A DNA stretch of 64,000 bases from Candidatus Albibeggiatoa sp. nov. BB20 (GTDB taxonomy: Bacteria; Pseudomonadota; Gammaproteobacteria; Beggiatoales; Beggiatoaceae), in NCBI RefSeq assembly GCF_016744725.1, contig NZ_JADGDW010000002.1, positions 5,614 to 69,613 of the forward strand, in the 5' to 3' direction. Positions 55,702 through 64,000 of this stretch are shown here, in pieces. The notes below the pieces were generated by a model, which was given only the letters and a program-made list of their open reading frames with translations, was not told the DNA's origin and did no database searches. Each line of letters begins with the position of its first letter. Positions within the stretch are counted from its first letter, which is position 1. The translations under genes were made by a program, and so were the position numbers.

Positions 55702-58700
55702 ATGCCTGCCTTAACTGTTTTACAAAAATTACAACAACGCATTGTAGAAAAGTTTCCTCCAAGTCAGTCCGATGGTTTACAAATGTTTGCCGCATTATTT
55801 TTCTCTGATGTACCCGAGGAAGATATTAGCCAACGTCATCCCAGTGATTTATACGGCATGGTGGTTGATTATTGGCATTTTTTGCAAACAATGGATGATT
55901 TACCCAAAGTGCGGGTATTTAATCCACAATTCGAGCAAAACGGCTGGCAATCCACACACAGCATTGTGTCAATTTTAACCGTAGATATGCCTTTTTTGAT
56001 TGATTCGATTCGTATCGCATTAAATCAACTGGGCTTAACCGTACATTTGACCATTCACCCTACATTGTTATTGAAATACAACGAGCAGAATCAACTGGTT
56101 GGTATTGATAGATTAACAGAACAAACTGAAGGCCTTGTTGCATTAATCCATATAGAAATCGATCGGCATACAGAAAAAGAAACTCAGCGTAATACCCAGC
56201 AAGCCATTCGAAATGTTTTAGAAGATGTGAGTTTAGTGGTCAATGATCGAGCCACAATGTATGACCAGCTAGAAACGATTCTGGAACAATTAGAGCAAAA
56301 ACCCCCGCCGTTAGAAAAGCATGAAATTGTTGAAACTCACGCCTTTTTGCGTTGGTTGCAAGCCAAGCATTTTACCTTTTTAGGGTTTCGAGAATATAAG
56401 CTGGTCAAAGAACAGGATACATATCAGTTAAAGGTTGCAGCGGATTCAGGGCTGGGTATTTTACGCAATACGAATGCTTCATTTTCCAGTAGTTTTGCTG
56501 AATTACCGAATACTATTCGACAAGTTGCGGCAAAACCCAGTTTATTGTTATTAAACAAAGCCAGTTCACGCGCAACAGTGCATCGCCCGAGTTATATGGA
56601 TTATATTGGCATTAAGAAAATCAACCAACAAGGTGAAGTGGTTGGCGAATATCGATTTTTAGGTTTATATACCGCATCTGTTTATCATCTTAGCACCACG
56701 CATATTCCATTGTTACATAAAAAAATAAGTAAAGTCATTAAGTTATCTGGTTATCATACTGAAAGCCATCGTGGACAAGCTTTGCTGAATATTTTAGAAA
56801 GTTATCCGCGTGATGAATTATTCCAAACAGATGTTGAAACTTTATCTAATATCAGTTTAGGTATTTTACAACTTCAGGAAAGACAACGAGTTAAGCTGTT
56901 TGTACGCCCTGATGAATTTGGACGTTTTATTTCATGTTTGGTATTTGCACCGCGTGAACGTTATGACACTAAAATCCGCCAACAAATGCAGGATGTGTTA
57001 CTGGAAGCATTTAACGGGCTGAGTGTTGAATTTACGGTTAATGTCTCAGAATCGATTCTTGCCCAAATCCATTTTATTGTCCGAACTCATGCAGGCAGTT
57101 GCTTTGATTGTAAATTAGCTGAAATTGAAGCCCGTTTAGCTGAAATCACTCAAGCGTGGACAGACAGTTTGTATGACACCTTGTTAGAGCATTTGGGTGA
57201 AGAACGCGGCACAAAACTGTATCACCGTTATCAAGACAGTTTTCCTACCGTGTATCAAGAGGATTTCACTGCTCGCCATGCCTTGTTAGATATTGAAAAA
57301 ATGGAATCATTGGGCGATGAGAATGCGCTGGAAATGACGTTGTATCGTCCGTTGGAAAGTGTGAACGGGTCGTTGCGGTTCAAATTATTCCATTCTCAAG
57401 GACAAATTTCATTGTCTCGCTTATTGCCAATTTTGGAAAATATGGGCGTGGTGGTGATGAGTGAGCGTAATTATGAAATCAAGTTGGCTAAAACCTCAAT
57501 TTGGATTCAAGAGCTGATTTTATCGCACGACTCAAAGCAAACCATTGATTTAAACGAACTGAAATCGATATTTCAACAGACCTTTGCCAAAGTATGGCGA
57601 CAAGAAGTCGCAAACGATGGTTTCAATTATTTGGTGCTCAAAGCGCAATTGAATTGGCGTGATATTATCGTTTTTCGGGCGTATTACAAATATATTCAAC
57701 AAATTGGCGCGACATTCAGTGCAAAATATACCCAGAATACTTTAGCTCATCATCCTGATATTGCGCGTTTATTACTCAATATATTCCACGTCCGATTTAA
57801 TCCGATTGGTCGCCAAACCGCTGAGGACAACGCAGCTCGTGATAAAGAATTGCAAAGCCTGCTAGACAAAATTGAACAAAGTTTAGATAGCGTTGAAAGT
57901 TTAGACGAAGACCGTATTTTAAGACGTTTTCTATCGGTGATTATGGCAACCATACGCACCAATTATTTTCAGTTGGATGCGGGTAAAAAGCCAAAATCTT
58001 ACGTGTCATTTAAGTTTGATTCACAGCAAATTCCTGATATGCCAGAGCCTAAGCCGCTGTACGAAATTTTCGTATATTCTCCGCAAGTTGAAGGGGTGCA
58101 TTTACGTGGTGGCAAAGTGGCGCGGGGCGGTTTGCGTTGGTCGGATCGGCGGGAAGATTTCCGCACTGAGATTTTAGGTTTAGTGAAAGCCCAAATGGTT
58201 AAAAATGCCGTCATTGTGCCTGTGGGTTCAAAAGGCGGTTTTGTGGCTAAGAAACTCGGTAAAAATAGCAGCCGTGAAGAGATACAAAAACAAGGGATTG
58301 AATGCTATAAAACTTTTATTCGTGGCTTGTTAGATGTCACTGATAATTTAGTCGACAATCATATTGTGCCGCCCGTTGATGTGATTCGGCATGATGAGGA
58401 TGACCCGTATTTGGTGGTGGCAGCGGATAAAGGAACGGCGACGTTTTCCGACATTGCGAATAGTATCGCGAAAGATTACGGCTTTTGGCTGGATGATGCG
58501 TTTGCCTCAGGTGGTTCGGCAGGTTATGACCATAAAAAAATGGGGATTACTGCGCGCGGGGCTTGGGAATCAGTGAAACGCCATTTTCGCCACCTTGGAG
58601 TGGATACCCAGAATCAAGATTTTACTGTGATTGGGGTCGGCGATATGTCAGGGGACGTATTTGGCAATGGGATGTTATTGTCACCACATATTAAATTACA

Positions 58701-60510
58701 AGCGGCATTCAATCATTTACATATTTTTGTTGATCCCAAACCAGACCCAAAAACCAGCTTTGCTGAACGTCAGCGTTTATTTGAGTTACCGCGTTCTACA
58801 TGGGCGGATTACAATTCGACGTTAGTATCAAAAGGTGGCGGTGTTTTTGCGCGTAATGCCAAAGCCATTGTATTAAGTCATGAAATGCAGAAAATGTTGG
58901 GTGTATCTCATTATTCCATGACACCGAATGAACTAATTAGAACTTTGCTATGTGCGCCTGTGGATTTATTGTGGAATGGTGGAATTGGCACGTATGTGAA
59001 ATCAGAAGCCGAGCATCATGCTGATGTGGGTGATAAAACCAATGATAATGTGCGAGTCGATGGGCAAGATTTACGCTGCAAAGTGGTGGGTGAAGGCGGC
59101 AATTTAGGTTTTACCCAATTAGGGCGGATTGAATATGCCTTAAATGGTGGGCGAATTTATACTGATGCGGTTGATAATTCTGCAGGGGTGGATTGTTCCG
59201 ATCATGAAGTGAATATCAAAATTTTGCTCAATGCGGTGGTGGCAAATCAGGATATGACCTTGAAACAGCGTAATGCGTTGCTGGTTGAAATGACTGATGA
59301 TGTGGCTAAATTGGTGTTGCGGGATAATTATTTACAAACCCAAGCAGTGAGTTTACCTTTATCAATTGGCGGCCAATTATTGGATGTACAAAGCCGTTTT
59401 ATGCAGTTTTTAGAGCATCAAGTGAATTTAGATCGGGAATTGGAATTTTTACCTAATGATAAAGCAATTCAAGCCCGACGCAAAAATCAACAAGGTTTAA
59501 CCTCACCTGAAATTTCGGTGCTATTGGCGTACAGCAAAATTTATTTATATCAAGCTTTGCTCGCTTCTGATTTAGTTGATGATGGGTATTTGCAGAATTT
59601 GCTTCATGTTTATTTCCCTCAGCCATTACCTCAACGTTATACCCAGCAAATAAGCCAACATCGTTTGCAACGTGAAATTATCGCCACGTATTTGGTCAAT
59701 GTGGTGGTGAATTATGGCGGCAATGAATTTATTTTTATTTTACAAGAGGAAACAGGTTTAACTGTAGCACAGCTTGTCCATGCGTATGTGGTGAGTTGGC
59801 AGGTGTTCAGCATGGCTGATTTATGGGCTGAAATGGAAGCATTAGATAATCAAGTCGCTAATGAAGTGCAAATGGCAATGATGTTGGATACACGCAAATT
59901 ATTAGAGCGGGCCACTCGTTGGTTATTGCGTAATCCTCATGCTGATTTGGATATTGCTGAAACCGTGGATTATTTCAAATCAGGTGTGAATCAGTTGGCG
60001 GAAAACCTGTGGCAGTTTATGAGCCCGCATGATAAGCAAGGCGTTGAGCAAGTTGCACAAAATTGGACAGAGAAAGGTGTACCCGAAGCTTTGGCGAAAA
60101 AAATAGCAAGCTTGACCGTATGGCTGTCAGCATTGGATGTGGTCGATGTGGCGAATGAAACTCAAGAAGATTTATTAACTGTGACCGAGGTGCATTTCAG
60201 TTTGGGTACGCAATTAAAATTGCATTGGTTACGCGACCAAATTAGCACTTTGCCACGTCAAAATCGCTGGGAATCTTTGTCTCGTTCCGCATTGCGTGAT
60301 GAACTCTATAAAACCCATCGTCATTTAACCATGCAGGTATTGCAAAGTGTTCAGCATGATAATATACAACAACGGGTTGAATTATGGTTGACTGAAAATC
60401 AAGCTGCGATTGAGCGTAGTGTACACATTTTTACTGAATTACAAGCGGTTGAAAAACCCGATTTATCTATGTTATCAGTTGCTTTACGTGAGGTGGGGCG
60501 TTTGGGTTAA
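55702..60510 (+). CDS. gdhB: Large NAD-specific glutamate dehydrogenase (GdhB type)
   Basis: 1602 aa. The central catalytic region has HLRGGKVARGGLRWSDR, VPVGSKGGFV and GPDMGT-like ADKGTATFSD. The size and layout match the 180-kDa NAD-GDH class. Confidence 0.9.
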   Translation: MPALTVLQKLQQRIVEKFPPSQSDGLQMFAALFFSDVPEEDISQRHPSDLYGMVVDYWHFLQTMDDLPKVRVFNPQFEQNGWQSTHSIVSILTVDMPFLIDSIRIALNQLGLTVHLTIHPTLLLKYNEQNQLVGIDRLTEQTEGLVALIHIEIDRHTEKETQRNTQQAIRNVLEDVSLVVNDRATMYDQLETILEQLEQKPPPLEKHEIVETHAFLRWLQAKHFTFLGFREYKLVKEQDTYQLKVAADSGLGILRNTNASFSSSFAELPNTIRQVAAKPSLLLLNKASSRATVHRPSYMDYIGIKKINQQGEVVGEYRFLGLYTASVYHLSTTHIPLLHKKISKVIKLSGYHTESHRGQALLNILESYPRDELFQTDVETLSNISLGILQLQERQRVKLFVRPDEFGRFISCLVFAPRERYDTKIRQQMQDVLLEAFNGLSVEFTVNVSESILAQIHFIVRTHAGSCFDCKLAEIEARLAEITQAWTDSLYDTLLEHLGEERGTKLYHRYQDSFPTVYQEDFTARHALLDIEKMESLGDENALEMTLYRPLESVNGSLRFKLFHSQGQISLSRLLPILENMGVVVMSERNYEIKLAKTSIWIQELILSHDSKQTIDLNELKSIFQQTFAKVWRQEVANDGFNYLVLKAQLNWRDIIVFRAYYKYIQQIGATFSAKYTQNTLAHHPDIARLLLNIFHVRFNPIGRQTAEDNAARDKELQSLLDKIEQSLDSVESLDEDRILRRFLSVIMATIRTNYFQLDAGKKPKSYVSFKFDSQQIPDMPEPKPLYEIFVYSPQVEGVHLRGGKVARGGLRWSDRREDFRTEILGLVKAQMVKNAVIVPVGSKGGFVAKKLGKNSSREEIQKQGIECYKTFIRGLLDVTDNLVDNHIVPPVDVIRHDEDDPYLVVAADKGTATFSDIANSIAKDYGFWLDDAFASGGSAGYDHKKMGITARGAWESVKRHFRHLGVDTQNQDFTVIGVGDMSGDVFGNGMLLSPHIKLQAAFNHLHIFVDPKPDPKTSFAERQRLFELPRSTWADYNSTLVSKGGGVFARNAKAIVLSHEMQKMLGVSHYSMTPNELIRTLLCAPVDLLWNGGIGTYVKSEAEHHADVGDKTNDNVRVDGQDLRCKVVGEGGNLGFTQLGRIEYALNGGRIYTDAVDNSAGVDCSDHEVNIKILLNAVVANQDMTLKQRNALLVEMTDDVAKLVLRDNYLQTQAVSLPLSIGGQLLDVQSRFMQFLEHQVNLDRELEFLPNDKAIQARRKNQQGLTSPEISVLLAYSKIYLYQALLASDLVDDGYLQNLLHVYFPQPLPQRYTQQISQHRLQREIIATYLVNVVVNYGGNEFIFILQEETGLTVAQLVHAYVVSWQVFSMADLWAEMEALDNQVANEVQMAMMLDTRKLLERATRWLLRNPHADLDIAETVDYFKSGVNQLAENLWQFMSPHDKQGVEQVAQNWTEKGVPEALAKKIASLTVWLSALDVVDVANETQEDLLTVTEVHFSLGTQLKLHWLRDQISTLPRQNRWESLSRSALRDELYKTHRHLTMQVLQSVQHDNIQQRVELWLTENQAAIERSVHIFTELQAVEKPDLSMLSVALREVGRLG

Positions 60511-60562
60511 ATATGAGCAATGGCTTTGCAGCTATGATTAAATAAAAAGAATTTTGGCTTGT

Positions 60563-60613
60563 GGGAATGCCTTCACGACGCAGGAGGTTTTGATTGCATT
60601 CCAACGGTCGGAG
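60563..60613. repeat. GC-rich palindromic repeat family member
   Basis: gggaatgc...gcattccaacggtcggagg shares the gcattccaacgg arm with 412-425. Confidence 0.45.
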
Positions 60614-61043
60614 GCTATAAAAGAACTAAAAAAAAGAGTCTCAAGCAAACCAATAATTATTGATATTTAATTGTAATTATAGCACTATTTTTTTGCGGGA
60701 TTACCCAACTGTGGATGCAAAAGAATAACTATTCTTCTTTCCTCTAGTACAATTTGGATATGAATTGAATGAATTAGAGTCTTTAGCTCCATTTCAAGAG
60801 AGGCTTGTAAGTTTTTTTAAGTTCACGATGCCAACAATAGCATCACTATTGCTATGTTTAATATCATGCTCATATTGCAAATAATACCTGTCATTAAATC
60901 TTGCTTGACGCGTTTCCTTAGCAAAAAAGTTTCTATTCGCTCCATTGACTACAACTTAATACTTGCCTCGTCATTTTCTTGCTTCTTTCTCTTATATTTT
61001 ACAACCTCATCAGTTTCTAAATTTGGTAGTGCTATCAAAAAAC

Positions 61044-61289
61044 TCAATTATTAACAGCCAAGTTGAGTTGGTTTTCTGATGGTTTTATCCATTGCTCAGG
61101 ATTTTGCTCTGCAACTTGAATTTGTGCTATGAGATTTGGATTATTAAGTATATATTGTGTTTCAGATAAAGATTCTTTTTGTTTAAATTTTATGAATTCA
61201 ATAAATTGCAAAACTTCTTGAGCGTTGTCTGGTGATAATTGTAAAGATTGTTGATAAATCTGTTCTACATAAGTATTCATGGTACGCAC
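61044..61289 (-). CDS. Small DUF2281-like putative antitoxin (orphan)
   Basis: 81 aa. LSPDNAQEVLQFIEFIKFKQ resembles the DUF2281 / VapB-like antitoxin N-domain. No intact toxin ORF lies downstream. Confidence 0.4.
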   Translation of the reverse strand: MRTMNTYVEQIYQQSLQLSPDNAQEVLQFIEFIKFKQKESLSETQYILNNPNLIAQIQVAEQNPEQWIKPSENQLNLAVNN

Positions 61290-61358
61290 CCATAAATTGA
61301 ATTAAAGAAGATAGTGACAATAATTTTAGCAGGTTTCAACATAATTGAAGTCTTGTTC

Positions 61359-61399
61359 AAAAATCAAACCTACCATCCAAACCCATAACCATCTACAAT
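61359..61399 (+). repeat. 41-bp direct repeat, copy 1 (duplicate of the purL upstream region)
   Basis: aaaaatcaaacctaccatccaaacccataaccatctacaat is identical to 62929-62969 except for one base. Confidence 0.9.
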
Positions 61400-61437
61400 T
61401 ACATGACATTGGAATATTTATATGGAAGGAGCTTGAT

Positions 61438-61650
61438 ATGCAAATAGTCTCACAATTACCTGATGCTTTGGTTGAAGAGGTGAAACAGTATATTTCTTTA
61501 GAAAATCAATCTGAGGCATTGGTAAAAATTATTCAAGACTGGATAAGATATAAAAAAATTCAAGAGCTTAAGGGGCTACGTGGTCAAATACAGTTTGAAG
61601 GTGATTTAACTGAATTACGAAATATGGACAAACAAAATGGTTTTGATTGA
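61438..61650 (+). CDS. VapB-like antitoxin
   Basis: 70 aa from ATG 61438 with a ggaagga RBS. The C-terminal LKGLRGQIQFEGDLTELRN resembles VapB-type antitoxins. It overlaps the PIN fragment by 14 nt. Confidence 0.5.
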   Translation: MQIVSQLPDALVEEVKQYISLENQSEALVKIIQDWIRYKKIQELKGLRGQIQFEGDLTELRNMDKQNGFD

Positions 61651-61741
61651 TTCTTCTGTGTGGATTGATTTTTTTCGTGCAAAAACAACAAACATTGATG
61701 ATACTGTGAAAAAAGATTTAGCATTATTTTATAATTCTTGA
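61637..61741 (+). pseudogene. Truncated vapC (PIN-domain toxin) remnant, 34 codons
   Basis: MVLIDSSVWIDFFRAKTT... is a canonical PIN-domain N-terminus including the first catalytic Asp, but the frame stops after 34 aa. Confidence 0.6.
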
Positions 61742-62024
61742 TATAATCAAAAGGATTAAAGTGCGTTTAGACTAGCGATTAGGATTAGTGATACAGGCTC
61801 GACTCCTGTGCAACTTACTTTTTTCATAGTTATCATTACTTTGTTGATTGTTTTTTCTTATGTAAAAAATAGTCTGCTGGCAACACCAAGATCAGAGCAC
61901 AATTCTGATAAGGAGGGTAGCATTATGAGAAAGTTGAAAATATTAGTAGCTTCAGTAGTTGAAGTAGCATCTAACTTATGTATTTTGTCCATGGATGGAT
62001 CGCTAATCTAAGTGCATTTAATTT

Positions 62025-62306
62025 CTAAGCAAACTCAATTCTCAGTGTTTTACCTACCGCATGTGCAACCCGTTCTAAAACTTCAATCGTGATACCCGTA
62101 TTATCAGGATCAAGAATCCTATCTAACTGAGAACGACTTGTATTCAGTTGTTTTGCCAAACTTGTTTTGGTGATTTGCTTTTCCTGCATAATATCAGCTA
62201 ACTGCAAAGCTAAAAGCCGTTTATGCACATTTGTAGAAACTTGTTCCAAAATATCTTCTTGCTCAAGAAAATCATCAAAATCACTACCAGTATATTGATT
62301 TGTCAT
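62025..62306 (-). CDS. XRE-family helix-turn-helix protein (antitoxin-like)
   Basis: 93 aa with an HTH around ITKTSLAKQLNTSRSQLDRIL. It lies 24 bp downstream of yoeB on the same strand. Confidence 0.65.
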   Translation of the reverse strand: MTNQYTGSDFDDFLEQEDILEQVSTNVHKRLLALQLADIMQEKQITKTSLAKQLNTSRSQLDRILDPDNTGITIEVLERVAHAVGKTLRIEFA

Positions 62307-62330
62307 TTTAGACCTCAGGAATTAGATTAG

Positions 62331-62594
62331 TTATTCATAATGTGTCCACATCCTCAACACATGTACTGTTTTTTCTTTTTCCGCCACGCGATAAATCAAT
62401 CGATGTTGAATATTAATGCGCCGAGCATAGAAACCTTTTAAATTTCCAACAAGCTTTTCATAAGAAGGAGGGTTCTGAAAAGGGTCTATTGCTAGAATAT
62501 GTAGGAGCTTTTCAGCTTGGACTTTGTAGCCAGCGCGTGAGATTTTTTTAGCATCTTTAACTGCTTGACGGCTTAAAATAACTTTCCAGCTCAC
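62331..62594 (-). CDS. yoeB: YoeB/Txe-family toxin
   Basis: NPPSYEKLVGNLKGFYARRINIQHRLIYRV..KTVHVLRMWTHY matches the YoeB pattern (..L.G...SRRI...HRLVY.....HY). A likely GTG start at 62594 overlaps the yefM stop (GTGA). Confidence 0.8.
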   Translation of the reverse strand: MSWKVILSRQAVKDAKKISRAGYKVQAEKLLHILAIDPFQNPPSYEKLVGNLKGFYARRINIQHRLIYRVAEKEKTVHVLRMWTHYE

Positions 62595-62842
62595 CAATCT
62601 AAATCCTCTAAACATGTACCTTGCTCTAATGGTTCAGCCGCTGCTTCATGAATACTTTCAACCATATTAGGTATTTGATTTAAAAATAAAGTTTCTTCAA
62701 TTGCTCGCCAGTCAGAGGCACTGATAATGACAAAGTTCTCACTGTCATGTTGATTTACATGTAATATTTCATGGTTTTCAATACAAGGTTTAATTTCTTG
62801 CTGTAAATTTTTTTGTAATTGTATTGCTGTTGTTTGTAGCAT
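62591..62842 (-). CDS. yefM: Phd/YefM-family antitoxin
   Basis: MLQTTAIQLQKNL...FVIISASDWRAIEETL is the YefM N-domain pattern. The ATG is at 62842 with an aaggaaa RBS. Confidence 0.8.
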   Translation of the reverse strand: MLQTTAIQLQKNLQQEIKPCIENHEILHVNQHDSENFVIISASDWRAIEETLFLNQIPNMVESIHEAAAEPLEQGTCLEDLDW

Positions 62843-62928
62843 CTTTGATTTCCTTTTAATCAACTGCTCAAATTATAGCTTAATACAATGTCGCTTTTAC
62901 AATTTACATTAGCCCATATTTCAAAACC

Positions 62929-62969
62929 AAAAATCAAACCTACCATCTAAACCCATAACCATCTACAAT
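62929..62969 (+). repeat. 41-bp direct repeat, copy 2 (36 bp upstream of the purL ATG)
   Basis: aaaaatcaaacctaccatctaaacccataaccatctacaat. Confidence 0.9.
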
Positions 62970-63005
62970 CACGGTTCTAATATTCATCACCTGAGGGAAC
63001 GCCGA

Positions 63006-64000
63006 TGCATTATTTAGGACAAGCCGCACATTCTGAATTTCGGATTCAAAAAATCAAGCAACAAGCCGATGTCGCCGAATTGCAATTAAGCACTCGTTAT
63101 ATTTATTTCCTTGAAGTTGAGGGGGAATTGAGTGAAGAACATGACCAGCATTTAAAAGAGCTACTCCATGTCGACGACGAAGCAGAACAGTTAGCAGAAC
63201 ACATACTGATTGTGATTCCGCGTTTTGGCACAATTTCACCTTGGTCGAGTAAAGCTACTGATCTTGCGGAAATTTGTGGTATCTCACCTGTGAAACGGAT
63301 TGAACGTGGGATTGTGTGGGAATTCACGGGCGAAGTTGATGAAAGTCACAAGCAAGCTTTAGCGGTGGCGATTCATGACCGTATGACAGAAACCGTGATT
63401 GAAAATATTGCCGATAACGAAGGTTTATTTAAACACGATGCCCCGCGCCCATTAAACGTGATTCCATTGTTGGCGCAAGGCAAGCAAGCCTTAATTGATG
63501 CCAATAGCCAATATGGTTTAGCCTTATCAGAAGACGAAATTGATTATTTGGTCGAAAACTTCACCCAATTAAAACGCGATCCAACTGATGCCGAATTGAT
63601 GATGTTTGCACAAGCCAACTCGGAACATTGTCGCCACAAAATTTTTAATGCAGATTGGACAATTGACGGGAAAGCGCAAGACAGCTCTTTATTCGGCATG
63701 ATTCGTCAGACTCATGAAAAAAATCCAAACAAAGTTTTATCTGCTTATCACGACAATGCGGCGGTGATGGAAGGTTATCCCGTTAAAGGATTAATTCCCG
63801 ATACCGAGCATCATTATCAAGAGCAAAAACAAGATAATGCGATTTTGATGAAAGTCGAAACCCATAACCATCCAACTGCGATTTCTCCATTTGCAGGGGC
63901 AGCAACAGGTTCGGGTGGCGAGATTCGTGACGAAAGCGCAACAGGACGTGGTGCAAAACCTAAAGCGGGTTTAGTTGGCTATTCAGTGTCTAACTTATTG
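63006..64000 (+). CDS. purL: Phosphoribosylformylglycinamidine synthase PurL, N-terminal part (3' end outside window)
   Basis: It is not in the ORF track because no stop is reached. The frame from ATG 63006 reads [16 protein letters not shown]...[28 protein letters not shown]...[26 protein letters not shown], the large single-chain PurL. Confidence 0.9.

Noticed and set aside
61793-61809. acaggctcgactcctgt resembles a tRNA T-arm, which might mark a tRNA 3' fragment serving as an integration site for the TA islet.
   Set aside because: The loop is CTCGACT rather than TTCRANY. No acceptor, D or anticodon arms can be built from the flanking sequence. The islet boundaries are better explained by the 41-bp direct repeats.
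61359-62969. Possibility that the TA cassettes are integron gene cassettes, as in superintegrons rich in TA modules.
   Set aside because: There is no intI gene, no attC-like imperfect inverted repeats with GTTRRRY cores at the cassette ends, and the cassettes are in mixed orientation.

Overview
AT-rich chromosomal window from a gammaproteobacterium. The housekeeping backbone is recognisable from protein signatures and classical synteny: acnD-prpF, tyrA, thiC, rlmD, pyrE, pgi, dksA-gluQ, clpS-clpA, waaC, rhodanese-secB-gpsA, purH, der, ubiX, a 1602-aa NAD-glutamate dehydrogenase and the purL 5' end. I recognised no rRNA, tRNA or CRISPR array. Accessory material is interspersed: (1) a ~116-bp MITE-like repeat with TATAGTCA/TGACTATA termini and two GGACTG[G/C]CAGTCC boxes, present as 5 full copies, 1 internally deleted copy and 5 solo or degenerate cores; (2) a second family of nested GC-rich palindromes; (3) two envelope or exopolysaccharide loci built from unusual domain fusions (DUF579-like methyltransferase + DUF616-like domain; glycosyltransferase-like domain + sulfotransferase; nucleotidyltransferase/LbH/sugar-transferase fusion; HAD + UbiA-type phosphoribosyltransferase); (4) a translationally coupled DUF1538-DUF1538-PII-like-CBS operon; (5) a 1316-aa LRR-Roc-COR (ROCO) GTPase with 22-23 near-identical 66-bp repeats, and a kinesin-light-chain-type TPR protein with exact 126-bp periodicity; (6) a kinase-like + metallophosphoesterase fusion gene bracketed by two MITE copies; (7) a HEPN/MNT-like pair and a small toxin-antitoxin islet bounded by 41-bp direct repeats upstream of purL. 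The repeat families and the ROCO/TPR giants are reminiscent of filamentous sulfur bacteria (Beggiatoaceae/Thiotrichales), but that taxonomic guess is inference only. All calls come from reading the ORF translations and the DNA by eye; no searches were run.
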